A stretch of 64,000 nucleotides of DNA from the NCBI GenBank assembly GCA_951406725.2, contig OX597820.1:110422001-110486000 (forward strand), read 5' to 3'. The stretch comes from Octopus vulgaris (Eukaryota). The notes under the pieces are model-generated. The model ran no database searches. It saw only the letters and a list, made by a program, of their open reading frames with translations, and was not told the DNA's origin. Made by a program: the position numbers and the translations under genes. Below, in pieces: positions 60,969-64,000 of the stretch; positions within the stretch are counted from its first letter, which is position 1, and each line of letters starts with the position of its first letter.

Positions 60969-62340
60969 ACTAGCAGAGATACCCAGCATTGCTCGTGTTA
61001 CATGCAATTGAAGAATTAGACTTTTCTGTTATATTTTCTGTAATGAACTGGAATACCTATGTTTCGAATTTCATCAAAATTGCAGATGAGGTTATTTCTC
61101 TCTTTACACACCCAAACAAAATTGTAATCGTCTGTATCCCATACTCCATGTATTCCATACTCCATATTCCATGTCCTTAGTCTGTATTGAACCTGTTAAA
61201 AAGATTTTGCTCCTGAAAAATGAGGGTCATGGAGCTCTAAAATGTGAGAGTTAAGGCACCTGTTGGGGGTGGGCATCTTAATGTGAACCAGAGAAGTTGA
61301 ATTGTTGAGAATCTTTCTAACTTGGGTCTTATATCTATTGTTTGAATTTCTTTGAAATAGGAAATATATGTTCACTGGGTTTGTAAAAGAGAGCGAAGCT
61401 ACAGGAAACCAAAAGACGATTGATCACAATAAGCAGTCAGCTGGACCCTACCCTAGTCATTACCACTCCCAATGTAGGATTCCTCACCATCCAGGTGACA
61501 GGCACAGCCATAAGATGTATTACGAATCTATAGAAACCAATTGGAAGGGTGTGACCCAACTGAAATAAACATTAACTGTGTGACGTGAGGGCTAAAAAGA
61601 TATGAAAGTGTCACCTCTGGAGTTTGCAAATGACCAATATACTGATACGTAACTGGGCAAAATAAATTTACAATGTATAAATGTCTTTGAATAACGAGTC
61701 ACTCATCTGGGAAGGCCTTGAAATCAATGTTGGGACCATGTGGGGCTTTGTGTGGCCCAGTGATAATAAAAAGACTGAAAGGAGGTCTGCGTAGTGGATC
61801 AAATAACTTTGCAACTGAATCAGTGGACGCATCCAAGATGCCTCTCATTTACTTGATAATTTATGCAGCACATTTCCCAGAAATCATTCCAATGTAAGTG
61901 TATGTCAAAGCAAATTCTTACACTGTTGTACCATTGAATTACAAATGATGCTCATCTTTTATGCTCGGGTAACCCAGCAGCTTCCAAGAGCACAACTGTA
62001 TTCGTATTTGTTTAGATAAAATGACAAAATTGTGGGTTTTAAGTCCTCATGTAGGGGTCTTTGCCCTAACTTATAAGAAAATGAAATTTTATAAATAGTT
62101 TTACTTCATTTGTGTCTAATATCCGGGGCCTATGATTAAAATTTCATCAACAGCAAAAATATATGAATTGTCACGGAGGTTGCATGGCCCTTATGCATAG
62201 AATATAATTTCCAAATTTCATAAAGATCCATTCAGTACTTTTCATCTGGTGGTTTGCATCCTAACCTTGGAAGAAATGACTAAATTTTGGGAGTTAAGGC
62301 CCCCATTAGGGTGTTATATGTATATAGGTAGATAGATATA
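60969..62340. mobile_element. Possible degenerate Helitron-derived element
   Basis: Starts actagcagagatacccagcattgctcg and has repeated aaatttcat(c/a)aa(a/g)at units. Weak minus-strand Rep N-terminal-like words (EMCC, FQM, Y..IG.L) are present. Confidence 0.4.
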
Positions 62341-62569
62341 TACACACACACACTCCAAACTGTACAAAGATAAACTTGATAGATACAACTGAATGGGCAA
62401 ACAAAAATATGAGACAGACTAGTGCTTTTTTTTTATGTTGATAAGTCTGGTACTTATTCTATTAGTTTCTTCTTGTGAAACCAGTAAGTTATGGGGATGT
62501 AAATAAATGAACAGCAGTTGTGAAGCAGTGATGAGGGCGAAACACAGACACAAAGACAAACACACACAT

Positions 62570-62632
62570 TTACATATATACATACATATATATACGATTG
62601 ATTTCTTTCAGCTCCTGTCTACAAAATCCATG

Positions 62633-62663
<31 letters not shown>

Positions 62664-62739
62664 ATGTATACACACACACACATATATACATATATATATA
62701 TATGTTTATATATATACATGTGTACATATATAGGTGTAC

Positions 62740-62801
<62 letters not shown>

Positions 62802-62977
62802 ATACATACATACGATTGATTTGTTTCAGTTCCTGCATACGAAATCCAGATATATATATATGTATGTATACACACACACTCACACACATATATACATATA
62901 TATTTATATATATACACATGCATACATATATAGGCATATACATATATATATACATACATATATACATACATATATAT

Positions 62978-63017
<40 letters not shown>
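62570..63017. repeat. (TA)n/(CA)n/(TG)n compound microsatellite
   Basis: Directly visible. Similar tracts lie at 60520-60690 and 63845-64000. Confidence 0.95.
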
Positions 63018-63018
<1 letters not shown>

Positions 63019-63899
63019 AAAAAAGGGTGAAATATAATTAATTTAATGAAATTAATAAATTTCACCTAGTAGATTTATCGGTATGGAAAAGACCATATTT
63101 GGTAGTGTTACTTGTTATATTAAGTTGCTCAAAACCACATAAAGGGTATTAGAAATAGCAGCCAAAGTCTATTGTCTAAAACCACTAACTAAAATAAAAA
63201 ATTTCTGACCACAATAGCAAACCCCAGAATGTAACCCGTTTCAATGGTAAAAGGAAAGAATTTCATAACAAATCCCAGCCTATGAATTAATTTAGACAAA
63301 TCGTTTCTGGATTAGAACGAAGGCTATAACTTTTTTATATCAATATATTGTGATAAATCTAGAAATGCTAGGGAAAAAAGCTCACCCATTACACCGGCTC
63401 GACCATGCGACATCGAACCAATTCCTATACTATAATTTTTATATAGACAGTGAAAAAAGCTCTACCCATTTGCAGGTAAATTACACGTGAATGCACTGCT
63501 CAACAAAATATACCAAATTAAAATTACCACGTGAGTTACAAAAACATTTACCTTGAAAAGTTTTGTAGATTTCTTGTAAGGGAGCAATAATATTCAATAT
63601 ACAAAAAAGGGTGAAATATAATTAATTTAATAAAATTAATAAATTTCACCAAGTAGGTATTCTGGGTAGATTTATCGGAATGGCATAATACCATATTTAA
63701 TTGCAAAATATTAATTTCATAATAAAGGTTAATTGCAGACAAGTTGCGCAAACTATCAATTTGGCTCGCTATTAGTCTAGGAGAAATAGTGATATGTGGT
63801 TTTGAGCAACTTGTTCCGCAATTAACCTTTTCTGATACCCATTAATATATATATATATGTGGTTTTGAGCAACTTGTTGCAATTAACCTTTATTATAAT

Positions 63900-63943
<44 letters not shown>

Positions 63944-64000
63944 TATATGGCATACATATAGGCCTATATATATACATATATAACATACATATATACATAC

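Noticed and set aside
56995-64000. SNRPA1 exon 6
   Set aside because: No acceptor followed by the expected ER..A..F.G-like peptide was found. It presumably lies beyond the window.

Overview
Eukaryotic, AT-rich, repeat-dense animal DNA. The SINE, RTE-LINE and microsatellite repertoire matches my recollection of octopus (coleoid cephalopod) repeats; this assignment is an inference. Two host genes lie head-to-head with only 342 bp between their start codons. On the minus strand is an intact single-exon 888-aa ORF recognisable as the meiotic synaptonemal-complex protein SYCP1 (24905-27571). On the plus strand are the first five coding exons of SNRPA1 (U2 snRNP A'; 27914-56994, continuing beyond the window), with transposon-filled introns up to 12.4 kb. 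The shared CpG-containing promoter carries a palindromic NRF1-type site. The remainder is mostly decayed transposons: two LTR-bounded Ty3/Gypsy elements with target-site duplications (TSDs), each nested in an older non-LTR element; RTE, Hero-like, R4/Dong-like, CR1 and Penelope-like retroelements; mariner, maT, Merlin, piggyBac-type and Helitron-like DNA elements; MITEs and tRNA-derived SINEs. The main leads are the intronless, possibly retroposed SYCP1 apparently sharing a housekeeping promoter, several hammerhead-ribozyme motifs in short repeats (one in a tRNA-headed SINE), and an RTE LINE ending in three C2H2 zinc fingers. All homology calls were made by eye from remembered motifs, not by database search.
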